From assembly GCA_037132075.1 (NCBI GenBank), contig JBAXPV010000007.1, positions 1-64,000 of the forward strand: a stretch of DNA of 64,000 bases. The letters are read 5' to 3'. Below the pieces are notes generated by a model. It did not search any database. It was not told the origin of the DNA and saw nothing but the letters and a program-made list of their open reading frames with translations. This stretch comes from Bacteroidota bacterium (GTDB lineage: Bacteria > Bacteroidota > Bacteroidia > Bacteroidales > CAIXZF01). Shown one piece after another: positions 1-9,273 of this stretch (positions are counted from its first letter, which is position 1; every line of letters starts with the position of its first letter). A program made the position numbers and the translations under genes.

Positions 1-101
1 AATATATGCAATACCATTTCATGATTGGGCATCAGTCGAATTGAATTGATAATATATTAATCTGGAAACTCATCATAATTTGTGGAATACTATCATGTAG
101 T

Positions 102-1040
102 TTGACCTGGCTGGTGCGTTCCTGGGCAATCAGGAAAGCGGTACTTGATCATCCTAATGAGAGAAGCTCTCACACTATCGCAACACCACGAGGCGGAGGA
201 ATCGCGCTTGCAATCAGCTGGTTTATCGGACTTATTGTCTTGTTTTGGCAAAATGGGATTCCGTCACCATTGTTCTTTGCATTGCTCTGTGGATTGCCGG
301 TCTCGGTGATAGGACTCATAGATGATATGATGACGATCACACCCAAAATCCGACTTCTGATTCAATTGGCTGCCGCAACTGCGGCAATCATTTTTTTAGG
401 CGGAATGCAACAGTTGGATTTGGGGTTTATGATGATTTCAATTCCTTTGGTACTAAGTATTGCTGCGGTTGTCGGAATCGTTTGGTTTACCAATCTGTTT
501 AACTTTCTCGATGGGATCGATGGATATATCAGCCTGGAAGTTATCTTTATTGGCCTGGCTGTTTATTTCTTGTTTGGTGCAGCATTGCCCTTACTGATGG
601 CTGCTGCTACACTGGGATTTTTATTGTGGAACTGGCAGCCGGCAAAGATCTTTATGGGAGATGTTGGCAGTACTCTGTTGGGCTTTTCTGTTGCTGTTTT
701 GGGGATATATTATCAGAATGTTAATTTGGTTTCAATCCCTGTTACATTGATTCTGACATCGGTTTTTTGGTTTGACGCGACAGTGACATTGTTCAGACGA
801 ATGCTGAATAAAGAGAGTCTTCATCTGGCACACCGGAAACATGCCTATCAGCGGATTGTACAGGCAGGATTTAGTCACCAGAAAACAGTGATCTGGGCGT
901 TTGTGCTGAATCTTTTTGGGCTGGGATTGGTGCTGATCGCCAATAGATATGCAAATTATGGATGTTTGTTTTTGCTCCTGGATTTGCTGATGCTGATGCT
1001 AGTGATGAAGTTTGTTGATGGGAAGAAAGCGTTTCGGTAG
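102..1040 (+). CDS. UDP-HexNAc:undecaprenyl-phosphate HexNAc-1-phosphate transferase (glycosyltransferase family 4, MraY/WecA/WbpL-like)
   Basis: Polytopic membrane protein with the motifs DHPNERSSH...PRGGG and NLFNFLDGIDG typical of the MraY/WecA family. The track start is a TTG. The N-terminus is shorter than typical, so the start is uncertain. Confidence 0.8.
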   Translation: MTWLVRSWAIRKAVLDHPNERSSHTIATPRGGGIALAISWFIGLIVLFWQNGIPSPLFFALLCGLPVSVIGLIDDMMTITPKIRLLIQLAAATAAIIFLGGMQQLDLGFMMISIPLVLSIAAVVGIVWFTNLFNFLDGIDGYISLEVIFIGLAVYFLFGAALPLLMAAATLGFLLWNWQPAKIFMGDVGSTLLGFSVAVLGIYYQNVNLVSIPVTLILTSVFWFDATVTLFRRMLNKESLHLAHRKHAYQRIVQAGFSHQKTVIWAFVLNLFGLGLVLIANRYANYGCLFLLLDLLMLMLVMKFVDGKKAFR

Positions 1041-1042
1041 CT

Positions 1043-1294
1043 GAGCACGAAACCGGATATGAGAGAACATGCTGTACTTATTCCAGACGACCTGTAAAAC
1101 TTGTTTTCCATGAAGTGTTTCCTGACCCAAAACAAGCAATTTCCTGGGAAAAACAAATCAAAGGTTGGTCAAGAAATAAGAAAAAAGCTTTGATTGATGG
1201 GGATTATGCCAAATTGCAAGAGTTTGCCATGTGTCTTAATGTTACTTCACAGATGCAGCATGGCATATATGCGCATCGGCACATTTGTAAATAA
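1043..1294 (+). pseudogene. N-terminally truncated GIY-YIG nuclease-family remnant
   Basis: This frame translates to ...YSRRPVKLVFHEVFPDPKQAISWEKQIKGWSRNKKKALIDGDY.... That matches the conserved C-terminal half of Bacteroidota GIY-YIG family proteins (RRPVKLVY..E.F......A...EKQIKGWSR.KK.ALI). There is no start codon or GIY-YIG N-terminal motif. It abuts the stop of the upstream gene and is not in the ORF track. Confidence 0.5.
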
Positions 1295-1421
1295 TTAAAC
1301 AATTTAAGTATGTTTCTTCTTGTGTGTTGATTTGATTTTGTTTACGTTTGTGGGAAAGTTAGTTCCTGTAGAAAAATTGCTTCGGTAGATATGTCTCCAT
1401 TGATATAATTTTAAAGTAATA

Positions 1422-3377
1422 ATGAAAAAGCGGTTTTACGATTTTGTTTCCGGCAGATATATGCCACGATGGCTGGTCCTGGTCTTCGACCTGAGCGTTG
1501 CGCTCATCACATTTTACATGGCTTATTTGTTGCGCTTCAACCTGGATATTATAGCAGCTGACAATGCCATTAACCTCGATGTATGGCTGCTGATCACCCC
1601 GGTATTTCTTTGTAGTTTCCTGATCATCAGGCCCTTTGCAGGTATCCTGAGACATAGTACAACCAGTGACGTGGTGAAAATCATCATCGCCATCAGTGCC
1701 GGGTCAATGTTTATTTTTACCGCCTCATTCCTGTCCAGGAGTTTTACACTTCCCCTGGTTTTTAATATTCCTTTGTCAGTGGTCATTATCCACTATGCCC
1801 TGGCGAACCTCGTGCTTGTAGCCTCGAGGCTGATCATCAAAACAGTTTTCCTGGATTATATGATGGAGAGACAGCGTCATAAGGACTTACACCAGGTGAT
1901 GATTTATGGCGCAGGTCAATTGGGACAAATTGCACGGGATGTTATGCTGGCTGATAGCATGACGCAGATAAACCTGGTGGGTTTTATCGACGACAATACT
2001 TTTTTGCAAGGGAAGCGATTGGGAGATATCCCTGTATATTCTCCTGAGAAAGCCTTTGGTAAAATTATTGATCAGTATAAAGTCAATGAGATCATCCTGG
2101 CGATCAGCAAGGATAAGATCAGCATGAAACGGAAGCGTGCGTTTATTGACCTCTGCCTGCAGCATAGCCTGGCGATCAAGGAAATCCCGCCTGTGCATAG
2201 CTGGATTAACGGGGAATTAAATCTGAAAATGATCCGTAAGGTTCGGATTGATGATCTTCTGGAGAGAGATGCGATAAAGTTAGATGTAAATAATATTCGT
2301 GAAGGGCTTCAGGAGTCGACGATACTTGTCACGGGTGGTGCCGGCTCTATCGGCTCAGAGATCGTGCGGCAATTGCTGGCTTTTCATGCAAAAAGAGTGA
2401 TATTGCTCGACCAGGCTGAGACACCGCTGTATGATATCAGGAATGAGATTTTAAGCAATCATCCCGACGCTCAGGTTGACCTGGTGATTGCCGACGTATC
2501 GAATCAGAATCGGCTTCGATCGGTGTTTGAGAAATTCAGGCCGGATATCGTCTTTAATGCCGCTGCCTACAAGCATGTCCCCATGATGGAAGATCATCCG
2601 TATGAGGCCATTAATATCAACGTACGGGGCACGAAATACCTGGCTGACCTGGCTGTGGAATTCGGGGTGAAGAAATTTGTGATGATTTCGACAGACAAGG
2701 CGGTGAATCCAACCAATGTGATGGGAGCCTCGAAACGGATCTGTGAGATGTACATTCAGTCTCTGGTGCATCAGAATGGAATAAAGACTCAGTTTATCAC
2801 GACACGTTTTGGCAATGTGCTGGGATCAAATGGATCAGTGGTGCCTATGTTTAAGAAACAGATCGAAGAAGGCGGGCCGATTACGGTCACGCATCCCAAG
2901 ATCACCCGTTATTTCATGACGATCCCAGAGGCTTGTCAGCTCGTCCTGGAAGCTGGCTTTATGGGCAAAGGCGGTGAGATTTACCTCTTCGACATGGGTG
3001 AGCCGGTTGTGATCTATGAGATGGCCAAGAAAATGATCAGGCTATCAGGGCTTACCTACAAAAAGGATATTGATATTGTATTCACCGGATTACGCCCGGG
3101 AGAGAAGTTATACGAAGAACTCCTGGCGACTGCAGAAGATACCCTCCCGACGCACAATGAGAAAATCATGATCAGCAATGTCGTGGTTCACGAATATGAC
3201 AAGGTGAATGCACAGATCACAGCGATGCTCGAAGCCCTGGATCAGGAGACTGACGAAGCGCTTGTAAGCAGGATGAAAGAGATCGTCCCGGAATATGTGT
3301 CGGAGAACTCGAGGTTTTGTTCTCTGGATGGGAAGGGTTTGGAGTTAGGAGTTAGTGGGGGGGCGCCTAAATTCTAA
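1422..3377 (+). CDS. Polysaccharide biosynthesis protein, membrane-anchored UDP-sugar 4,6-dehydratase (CapD/PglF/WbpM family)
   Basis: N-terminal TM segments are followed by a second Rossmann fold and an SDR domain (TGGAGSIGSE, YKH active-site region, GSNGSV). This is classic CapD/WbpM architecture. Confidence 0.85.
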   Translation: MKKRFYDFVSGRYMPRWLVLVFDLSVALITFYMAYLLRFNLDIIAADNAINLDVWLLITPVFLCSFLIIRPFAGILRHSTTSDVVKIIIAISAGSMFIFTASFLSRSFTLPLVFNIPLSVVIIHYALANLVLVASRLIIKTVFLDYMMERQRHKDLHQVMIYGAGQLGQIARDVMLADSMTQINLVGFIDDNTFLQGKRLGDIPVYSPEKAFGKIIDQYKVNEIILAISKDKISMKRKRAFIDLCLQHSLAIKEIPPVHSWINGELNLKMIRKVRIDDLLERDAIKLDVNNIREGLQESTILVTGGAGSIGSEIVRQLLAFHAKRVILLDQAETPLYDIRNEILSNHPDAQVDLVIADVSNQNRLRSVFEKFRPDIVFNAAAYKHVPMMEDHPYEAININVRGTKYLADLAVEFGVKKFVMISTDKAVNPTNVMGASKRICEMYIQSLVHQNGIKTQFITTRFGNVLGSNGSVVPMFKKQIEEGGPITVTHPKITRYFMTIPEACQLVLEAGFMGKGGEIYLFDMGEPVVIYEMAKKMIRLSGLTYKKDIDIVFTGLRPGEKLYEELLATAEDTLPTHNEKIMISNVVVHEYDKVNAQITAMLEALDQETDEALVSRMKEIVPEYVSENSRFCSLDGKGLELGVSGGAPKF

Positions 3378-3461
3378 TCACAGTGAAGAAGGTTCTGGGG
3401 GCAAATAAAATCCCTCATCAGATTTACGAGTTCCCAAACGTCTAAGGTTTTTATAAATCCC

Positions 3462-3534
3462 TGCGCCCTTGTGCCTTTGCGAGAAAGAAAAACATCTCAC
3501 GCAGAGGCGCAAGGACGCATGGAGTTTTTATTTT
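3462..3534 (+). terminator. Putative rho-independent terminator (imperfect long hairpin plus T-tract) downstream of the dehydratase gene
   Basis: Imperfect inverted repeat tgcgcccttgtgcctttgcgag / cacgcagaggcgcaaggacgca, followed by TTTTTATTTT. Confidence 0.4.
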
Positions 3535-3602
3535 AGGATAGTTTTCTCAAGATAGGGAATTAGTTTCCCGGCGACATCTTTAAAATCCTAACAATTTGTA
3601 AT

Positions 3603-5207
3603 TTGGTCCTTGTGAAAATTTCTGATGACAGTCGGGTAAATACTTTTGAAAGCTTTATAAATCAAGGCAATTCCTTATTTAAGGATCAAGCTCTTTGTAT
3701 AGGTTCTGCAAGCGATGTGATTTTAAGTTATCGTCAATGCCTTGATTTAATTAAACGTGCTTCAGCAAAGCTTTCGGAAGCGGGAATTATGAAAGGAGAT
3801 AAGGTGCTTAGTTATACACCTTTGTCTTTAGAGTCTGTTTTATTGTGTTGGGCTTGTTTATATTGTGGCGTAATTTTCGTTCCGGTTGATCATAATTGGC
3901 CAAAGATCCTGCTTACATTAATATTAGATGAAACGTCTCCAAAACTAATCCTAACAGATTCTGTTCGGATTAATAATGTTCAAAGGAAGGAGATTAATCC
4001 CAAGATTTTGCTTGTGCAAGCTGAGATTTTAGGCAATAGTCCTCTTTTTCTAGAGTGGATTGGAAATGAAACCGAAGCTGATGTTATGCCTCAAGCAATA
4101 GTTGAAAGCAATGATCTTGCAGTAATCCTATATACTTCCGGGTCAACAGGAATTCCTAAAGGTGTTATGTTATCACAAGAGGCATTGCTTAATAGTGGAG
4201 CCTTGTTTGCAGCGCATTTTGGGTGGGTGCGTGGAGACATTTTTCTAAACCTGGGTGACTTACATTCCATGAGTGGATTTAGGAATACTTGTTTGGCGCC
4301 TGTACATGCAGGCGCTTCTTTTATCATTGCCACTGAGACAGAAAGAAATAATGTGTTGTCTGTTCAGGATTTGGTGGAAAAATTCAGGGTTCATTATCTT
4401 GGTGTTGCCCCGACAATGGTTCGCCAGATGAACATTGTCTATTCCGAATCCAGGAAAAATAAACTATCATCGATAAAAGCGATACTTTGTACCGGAGGAA
4501 TGCTTGCTAAAGATCAGCTTACAGCATTCTATGAGCAATATGAAAAGCCAATATTGAATTATTACGGTTTGACAGAAACAGCTGGTATTTGTTTGGGGCA
4601 AAAGGTTGACTCCTTTAATCCACATGACAACAGTATTGGAATAGCAATTGGATGCGAACTTAAAATATTGACAGATCCTGAAATGAATAGTGACAATGAC
4701 TTTGGAGAATTGTTGGTTAAAAGTGATCAGTTAATGCGTGGGTATTATGGTAAAGAATTGGAAACAGATGAAGTATTGAAAGAGGGCTGGTTTTATAGTG
4801 GTGATATTGTGCAAAAAAGGGAGGATGGCTATTATGAGCTCCGGGGAAGGTCGCGCAATATTATAAAAAGCATCAGTTCTGAGTTGATTTATCTGGAGGA
4901 AGTTGAGCTCGCAATAGAAGCGATCCCTTTTGTTAGCGAGTGCTGTTGCTGTAGTTTTGCTCAAAATGAAGAAGATGAGAAAATGATCGCCTTTGTCGTA
5001 ATACAGGATGATTTGGAATTAACTTTACAAGAACTTACAAATAGAATTAGATTAGCTTTAACAGAGAAATTAGGCAAAAACAGATTGCCCTGGTGTTATT
5101 ATTATATAGATAGTTTCCCACGGAATAGCAGTGGTAAGATACTGAGACCAGAACTAAAAGAAATTTTAAATGGATTTATTGAATCACATCGGAAAGGATA
5201 TTTTTAA
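3603..5207 (+). CDS. ANL-superfamily adenylate-forming enzyme (AMP-dependent synthetase/ligase), first of two
   Basis: AMP-binding core motifs LYTSGSTGIPKGV, YGLTETAG and GDIV..R.DGYYELRGRS. The start is uncertain: the track start is TTG and the first in-frame ATG is far downstream. Confidence 0.8.
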   Translation: MVLVKISDDSRVNTFESFINQGNSLFKDQALCIGSASDVILSYRQCLDLIKRASAKLSEAGIMKGDKVLSYTPLSLESVLLCWACLYCGVIFVPVDHNWPKILLTLILDETSPKLILTDSVRINNVQRKEINPKILLVQAEILGNSPLFLEWIGNETEADVMPQAIVESNDLAVILYTSGSTGIPKGVMLSQEALLNSGALFAAHFGWVRGDIFLNLGDLHSMSGFRNTCLAPVHAGASFIIATETERNNVLSVQDLVEKFRVHYLGVAPTMVRQMNIVYSESRKNKLSSIKAILCTGGMLAKDQLTAFYEQYEKPILNYYGLTETAGICLGQKVDSFNPHDNSIGIAIGCELKILTDPEMNSDNDFGELLVKSDQLMRGYYGKELETDEVLKEGWFYSGDIVQKREDGYYELRGRSRNIIKSISSELIYLEEVELAIEAIPFVSECCCCSFAQNEEDEKMIAFVVIQDDLELTLQELTNRIRLALTEKLGKNRLPWCYYYIDSFPRNSSGKILRPELKEILNGFIESHRKGYF

Positions 5208-7005
5208 TGAGGCATTTCATCAAAAGGGAAACAAGATTTTTGTCGATTTTGGTGATCGGAAATTAAGCTATGGCGCATTTAGAACTGAGCTTAGAAAATA
5301 TACCACATATTTCAGGAACGAGGGTCTTACAGCAGGACAAAGAGTTGTAATCTCCTCAAGAGATGAATATTTTATATGTTGTTTTTATCTTTCTTTGATT
5401 GCCAACGGCATAACAGTCATCCTGCTTGACCCAGACAGCGGGACTGAGCGGGCCAAGGCAATCGTGAATCATACCAAGGCATCCTTTCTTTTTTTGGATG
5501 CAGAGATTCAGGAGTTATGGGAAATTCCTGTTGATCAAGACATCCGAGTGATTCCTATTCAGCAGGCCACAGCTGCTAATGTATTTCGGAAGTTATTGCA
5601 GAAGGGAAAATCTCAAAATATATTATTCCCGCAATGTGTCGAAAGGCTTGCCGAATCTGACTTTATCCCTCCGGAGGATCCCGAATCAGACGCGTATATT
5701 TTGTATACGTCAGGAACAACATCTGCACCAAAAGGAGTCCGTATTTCATACAGGGCCTTGTTGTCACACCTGGACAGCCTTTCCCGGGTTTACCAGATGG
5801 ATCATGACTCAAAGATCTTCAACAACCTGATACTCTCGCATGCTGATGGAATTGTCCAGGGTCCTTTGCTGGCATTGTACAATGCAGGGACATTATACCG
5901 GCCTTTCCCATTTTCCATTCAAAATATTGAAGATGCATTCGATATAATATATCGTGAGAAGATAAATTATTGGATAATGGTTCCAACGATGATGGCTTTG
6001 ATATACCAGTTCAAAAAGGACGATAAGGATTGCCTGGATCAAGCAGGTTTTCGAAATGTTATTTCCTGTGGTGCAAAATTGGATGCTGTTTTATGGAAAC
6101 AGTTTGGGGAGAAATTTAACACCAGGATCATTAACGTTTATGGATTAACTGAAACGGTAACCGGTGGAATATATGCAGGACATGATGATAAATCAAATAT
6201 AATTGGAAGTATTGGGAATGCTGTTGATTGTGACATCAGAATATCAGGTATTCACGATGAAGAAATGGGCATTAACGAGACCGGAGAACTATGGATACGT
6301 GGCAGTTTGCTGATGAGCGGATACCTGGATGCTCCTGAAGCCAACCAGGAGGTTTTTGAGGGAGCATGGCTAAAAACCGGGGATATTGGTTACCTGGGTG
6401 AGGATGGGTGTTACAGATTGACAGGGCGGAAGAAGCTAATCATCATCTCGGGTGGCGTTAATATTTTTCCGGAAGAGGTAAGCGAGATTATCCGTACACA
6501 TCCTGCAGTCCAGGATGCAGTGACTTTTGGCATTGAGGACGGGATTTGGGGAGAAATTGTTGCCGCAGCATTGGTTATCAGGGAAAACATAAAGCTTAGT
6601 AATGAAGAAATTGTAGCGTTTTGCCGGGAACATATGGAGGAACAGAAGGTACCTTCCAGGGTCTATTTCCTGGAGGCCCTGCCTTATGGAAGATCCGGCA
6701 AAGTACAAATGCAATTGCTAAGAGAAAAAGTACTTCAAACGGCTGACAATGGGGTTTCCGAGGCTGAGCCAGTTCAGACATTTCTGCAAATTGTTTCCAA
6801 AATTCTTCAATTGCCGCTACACGATCTCAATATGGATCTGCGGTTTGACAACAGTCGTGCCTGGGATTCTATTTCGCACCTTATGTTGGTTGTAGCCATG
6901 GAAAAACACTATCAAATCGAATTTACAGCCCTTGAAGTGATGAACGTTAAAAGCCTTGCTGATTTGTTTTCAATTATAAAAGGAAAGCAGTTTGAAGCAA
7001 ACTGA
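5170..7005 (+). CDS. ANL adenylate-forming enzyme fused to a C-terminal acyl/peptidyl carrier protein (PP-binding) domain
   Basis: Motifs ILYTSGTTSAPKGV, YGLTETV and a LPYGRSGKV C-terminal lysine region. An extra ~80 aa C-terminal domain follows, with a phosphopantetheine-attachment-like motif RAWDSISHL(M)L...A.E..Y.IEF. The gene overlaps the upstream gene by 38 nt. Confidence 0.8.
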   Translation: MDLLNHIGKDIFNEAFHQKGNKIFVDFGDRKLSYGAFRTELRKYTTYFRNEGLTAGQRVVISSRDEYFICCFYLSLIANGITVILLDPDSGTERAKAIVNHTKASFLFLDAEIQELWEIPVDQDIRVIPIQQATAANVFRKLLQKGKSQNILFPQCVERLAESDFIPPEDPESDAYILYTSGTTSAPKGVRISYRALLSHLDSLSRVYQMDHDSKIFNNLILSHADGIVQGPLLALYNAGTLYRPFPFSIQNIEDAFDIIYREKINYWIMVPTMMALIYQFKKDDKDCLDQAGFRNVISCGAKLDAVLWKQFGEKFNTRIINVYGLTETVTGGIYAGHDDKSNIIGSIGNAVDCDIRISGIHDEEMGINETGELWIRGSLLMSGYLDAPEANQEVFEGAWLKTGDIGYLGEDGCYRLTGRKKLIIISGGVNIFPEEVSEIIRTHPAVQDAVTFGIEDGIWGEIVAAALVIRENIKLSNEEIVAFCREHMEEQKVPSRVYFLEALPYGRSGKVQMQLLREKVLQTADNGVSEAEPVQTFLQIVSKILQLPLHDLNMDLRFDNSRAWDSISHLMLVVAMEKHYQIEFTALEVMNVKSLADLFSIIKGKQFEAN

Positions 7006-7912
7006 ACAAAAGACCGGAATGCCGCTCTTTCTGTGGCTGGTAAGCGTACTCGTTGCAACAGGATTTCTTGTTTCTGCTTTTTTTTTACTTCAGTTCCGCG
7101 ACAAAGAATTAGGTATAAAAGGTGTGCAAAATGTCACTGTAACTCAATACACTAATGCCGGAAATGACAGTCTGGACGGGTATTTCCTTGGGACTTCCCT
7201 GACAAGTTGCGCCTTAATTCAATATAGAGCCCTGGATAGCCTGATTCGCATTCGGAAAGAAAAATTCAGGTATAAGTTTTTAATCGCACCTGGAGCGACC
7301 CTTAAAGATTATAATTACACAATTGATGAAATCAGAAGGTTGAGACCCAAATGTCTTTTTATAGAATCAAATACCGCATGTGTAGATATGAGTGGGCAGG
7401 ACTCATGGAGTATGATCAATTTTAGGATCAGGATGGCCAGGGTTCCGGTTTATTTATTTGGGATGGGTTTTAATGCGTTGCATCTGTTTAAAAGTTATGT
7501 TCCGGCCGATTTTGCTGAACGGCATCGAAAAAAAATCTATTTGGATGAACAGAATCTATTAGACGACTTTGAAGTTGGGAAACGCTTCAGGGTAAGAGAT
7601 CCCGGGGAATTCCCTCTTTGGGAGAATTTTTTTAAGGAAGCAGGAAGTTTGGGGATTAAAATTTATTTTCTTGATTTGCCCCGTTCCATGGAAGCGGAGC
7701 ATGGCCTGCCACGAAAATTTTCCGAAAAATTTAAAACCCATATTGCAACATATAATAAACAGTATCATATAGAATATATTCATTTCCCAATCCCTTTGAG
7801 AAGGGAAGCTTACTTCATTGACCGGGCTCATTTTAACAGATCGGGAAGTAAAATATACAGCATGTGGTTGACCCACGAATTCGAAACCAGGAAAATAATA
7901 ACAAGGAGATAA
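6992..7912 (+). CDS. Membrane-anchored SGNH-like protein, putative DltD/AlgX/AlgJ-type acyltransfer partner of the MBOAT
   Basis: N-terminal TM helix. There is a GNDSLDG block (resembles SGNH block I GDSxx) and a C-terminal FIDRAHFN block (DxxH, SGNH block V). It sits immediately upstream of, and translationally coupled to, the MBOAT gene. The functional call is inferential. Confidence 0.5.
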   Translation: MKQTEQKTGMPLFLWLVSVLVATGFLVSAFFLLQFRDKELGIKGVQNVTVTQYTNAGNDSLDGYFLGTSLTSCALIQYRALDSLIRIRKEKFRYKFLIAPGATLKDYNYTIDEIRRLRPKCLFIESNTACVDMSGQDSWSMINFRIRMARVPVYLFGMGFNALHLFKSYVPADFAERHRKKIYLDEQNLLDDFEVGKRFRVRDPGEFPLWENFFKEAGSLGIKIYFLDLPRSMEAEHGLPRKFSEKFKTHIATYNKQYHIEYIHFPIPLRREAYFIDRAHFNRSGSKIYSMWLTHEFETRKIITRR

Positions 7913-9021
7913 TGGATTTTGTTTCTTACATATATTTAGCTTGGATTCTATTGTTTGCAGGGTTTGCATGGATTCCTTCATACAAATATAGTCCGTATGT
8001 TTTTGCAGTTTTTGGGATTGTTTTTATTATGATCGCATCCCCGATTTCGGCTGCGGTATTGCTTGCTGAATCCACGCTGGCTTTCGTTGTTGCCCGAAGA
8101 CATTCTCTTTCACATTGGAGCAGTACTTTTATCAGTGTTTTGTTTGTCTTTTCAGCTTTTCTTTTGTGTAAGTACTTTGCATTAAAAGGGATGTTTGCAT
8201 TACCAATTGGAATTTCCTATTTTACTTTCAGGCTGATACATTATCTCCAGGAAGCCTACAGGCAAAAGCTCAGACAACATACGTTTCCGGAGTTTATGGC
8301 TTATATGACCTTCTTCCCGACTTTCCTGGTAGGGCCGATCAATCTGTTCCCGGATTTTTTAGTCAATTTGCGCAGACGGAAATGGGATAGCCACGAATTC
8401 TCCCGGGGACTGGAAAGGCTTGTCTATGGCTACGCCCAGTTGATAATCATCGGGAATTATTTGCTTAATTATTTATTAAAGGCCTGGGTCAACACGAACC
8501 TGCAAAATACAGGAACGATGACGACTTTGGTCATTCATTCTGTTCAACTTTGGCTCGATTTGTATATTCGCTTTTCTGCTTATAGTAGTATTGCCATTGG
8601 GATCGCTGCAATGGCGGGTTTCAGCGTACCGGAAAATTTTCGTTATCCATTTCTGGCAAGCAACATCCGTGATTTCTGGCAACGATGGCATATGTCACTG
8701 ACAAATTGGTGCAGAGATTATATATTCATACCGCTTGCTTCCCACAGCAGAAACGCATTTCTTGCCATCGTTGCCACGATGATCACAATAGGCGTTTGGC
8801 ATGAATTGAGTTTTCGTTATATATTGTGGGGCATTTATCATGCTCTTGGGATTATATTCTATGAGAATTATGCACGTTTTACAAAGGGGAGATTTCCGGA
8901 TCGTAAAAGATTAACGATGATTAGAAAGGCTGTTGGAATGATTATAACGCTTGTTTTTGTGATTATGAGTTTCCCGCTTACGACAATAATTAACGATTAT
9001 ATAATGAGTTTTGTACGATGA
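7912..9021 (+). CDS. MBOAT-family membrane-bound O-acyltransferase (DltB/AlgI/PatA-like)
   Basis: Polytopic protein with the MBOAT signature region FWQRWHMSLTNWCRDYIFIPL (invariant His) and the C-terminal GVWHELSFRYILWGIYHALG (W-H-G / WG..HG motif). The start is chosen at ATG 7912, which overlaps the upstream stop. The track ORF starts at 7864. Confidence 0.8.
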   Translation: MDFVSYIYLAWILLFAGFAWIPSYKYSPYVFAVFGIVFIMIASPISAAVLLAESTLAFVVARRHSLSHWSSTFISVLFVFSAFLLCKYFALKGMFALPIGISYFTFRLIHYLQEAYRQKLRQHTFPEFMAYMTFFPTFLVGPINLFPDFLVNLRRRKWDSHEFSRGLERLVYGYAQLIIIGNYLLNYLLKAWVNTNLQNTGTMTTLVIHSVQLWLDLYIRFSAYSSIAIGIAAMAGFSVPENFRYPFLASNIRDFWQRWHMSLTNWCRDYIFIPLASHSRNAFLAIVATMITIGVWHELSFRYILWGIYHALGIIFYENYARFTKGRFPDRKRLTMIRKAVGMIITLVFVIMSFPLTTIINDYIMSFVR

Positions 9022-9123
9022 TGAATTTGAATTATTTTATCGTTACTCATGGTTTTGGACGGTCGTCCTTCGATTCCGCTCAGGATGGCTAAGGCAAACC
9101 TAATTGAAAAAAAATAAAAAAAT

Positions 9124-9267
9124 ATGACTTATCATTTTTTATGCAAGCTTTTCAATTCAAAAATAGCTGCCTGGATTACTGTTTTATGGTTTGCTTTTTT
9201 ATTCATTGCGATGTTTGCCTTGTCGGCATATCGTGAAGATGCTTTTCTATATCTCAATTTTAAATAG
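9124..9267 (+). CDS. Small hydrophobic ORF (47 aa, MTYHFLCKLFNSKIAAWITVLWFAFLFIAMFALSAYREDAFLYLNFK) immediately upstream of the radical SAM gene. It is a candidate precursor peptide or small membrane protein.
   Basis: Uninterrupted ATG-initiated ORF ending 7 nt before the radical SAM start. It is absent from the track only because it is under 60 aa. No homology-based support is available. Confidence 0.25.
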   Translation: MTYHFLCKLFNSKIAAWITVLWFAFLFIAMFALSAYREDAFLYLNFK

Positions 9268-9273
9268 GTATTA

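Noticed and set aside
956-1156. 66-aa minus-strand ORF spanning the wecA 3' end and the GIY-YIG remnant
   Set aside because: It overlaps two better-explained plus-strand coding segments. The translation is low-complexity.
1359-3377. Antisense ORFs 1359-1655, 1523-1786, 1887-2198 and 2451-2771 within the PglF/CapD-like gene
   Set aside because: They are fully contained in a strongly supported coding frame on the opposite strand, with no motifs.
9040-9080. tRNA-like T-loop motif (ttcgattcc) in the MBOAT-rSAM intergenic region
   Set aside because: No acceptor, D or anticodon stems can be folded around it. A 9-mer match is expected by chance in 64 kb.
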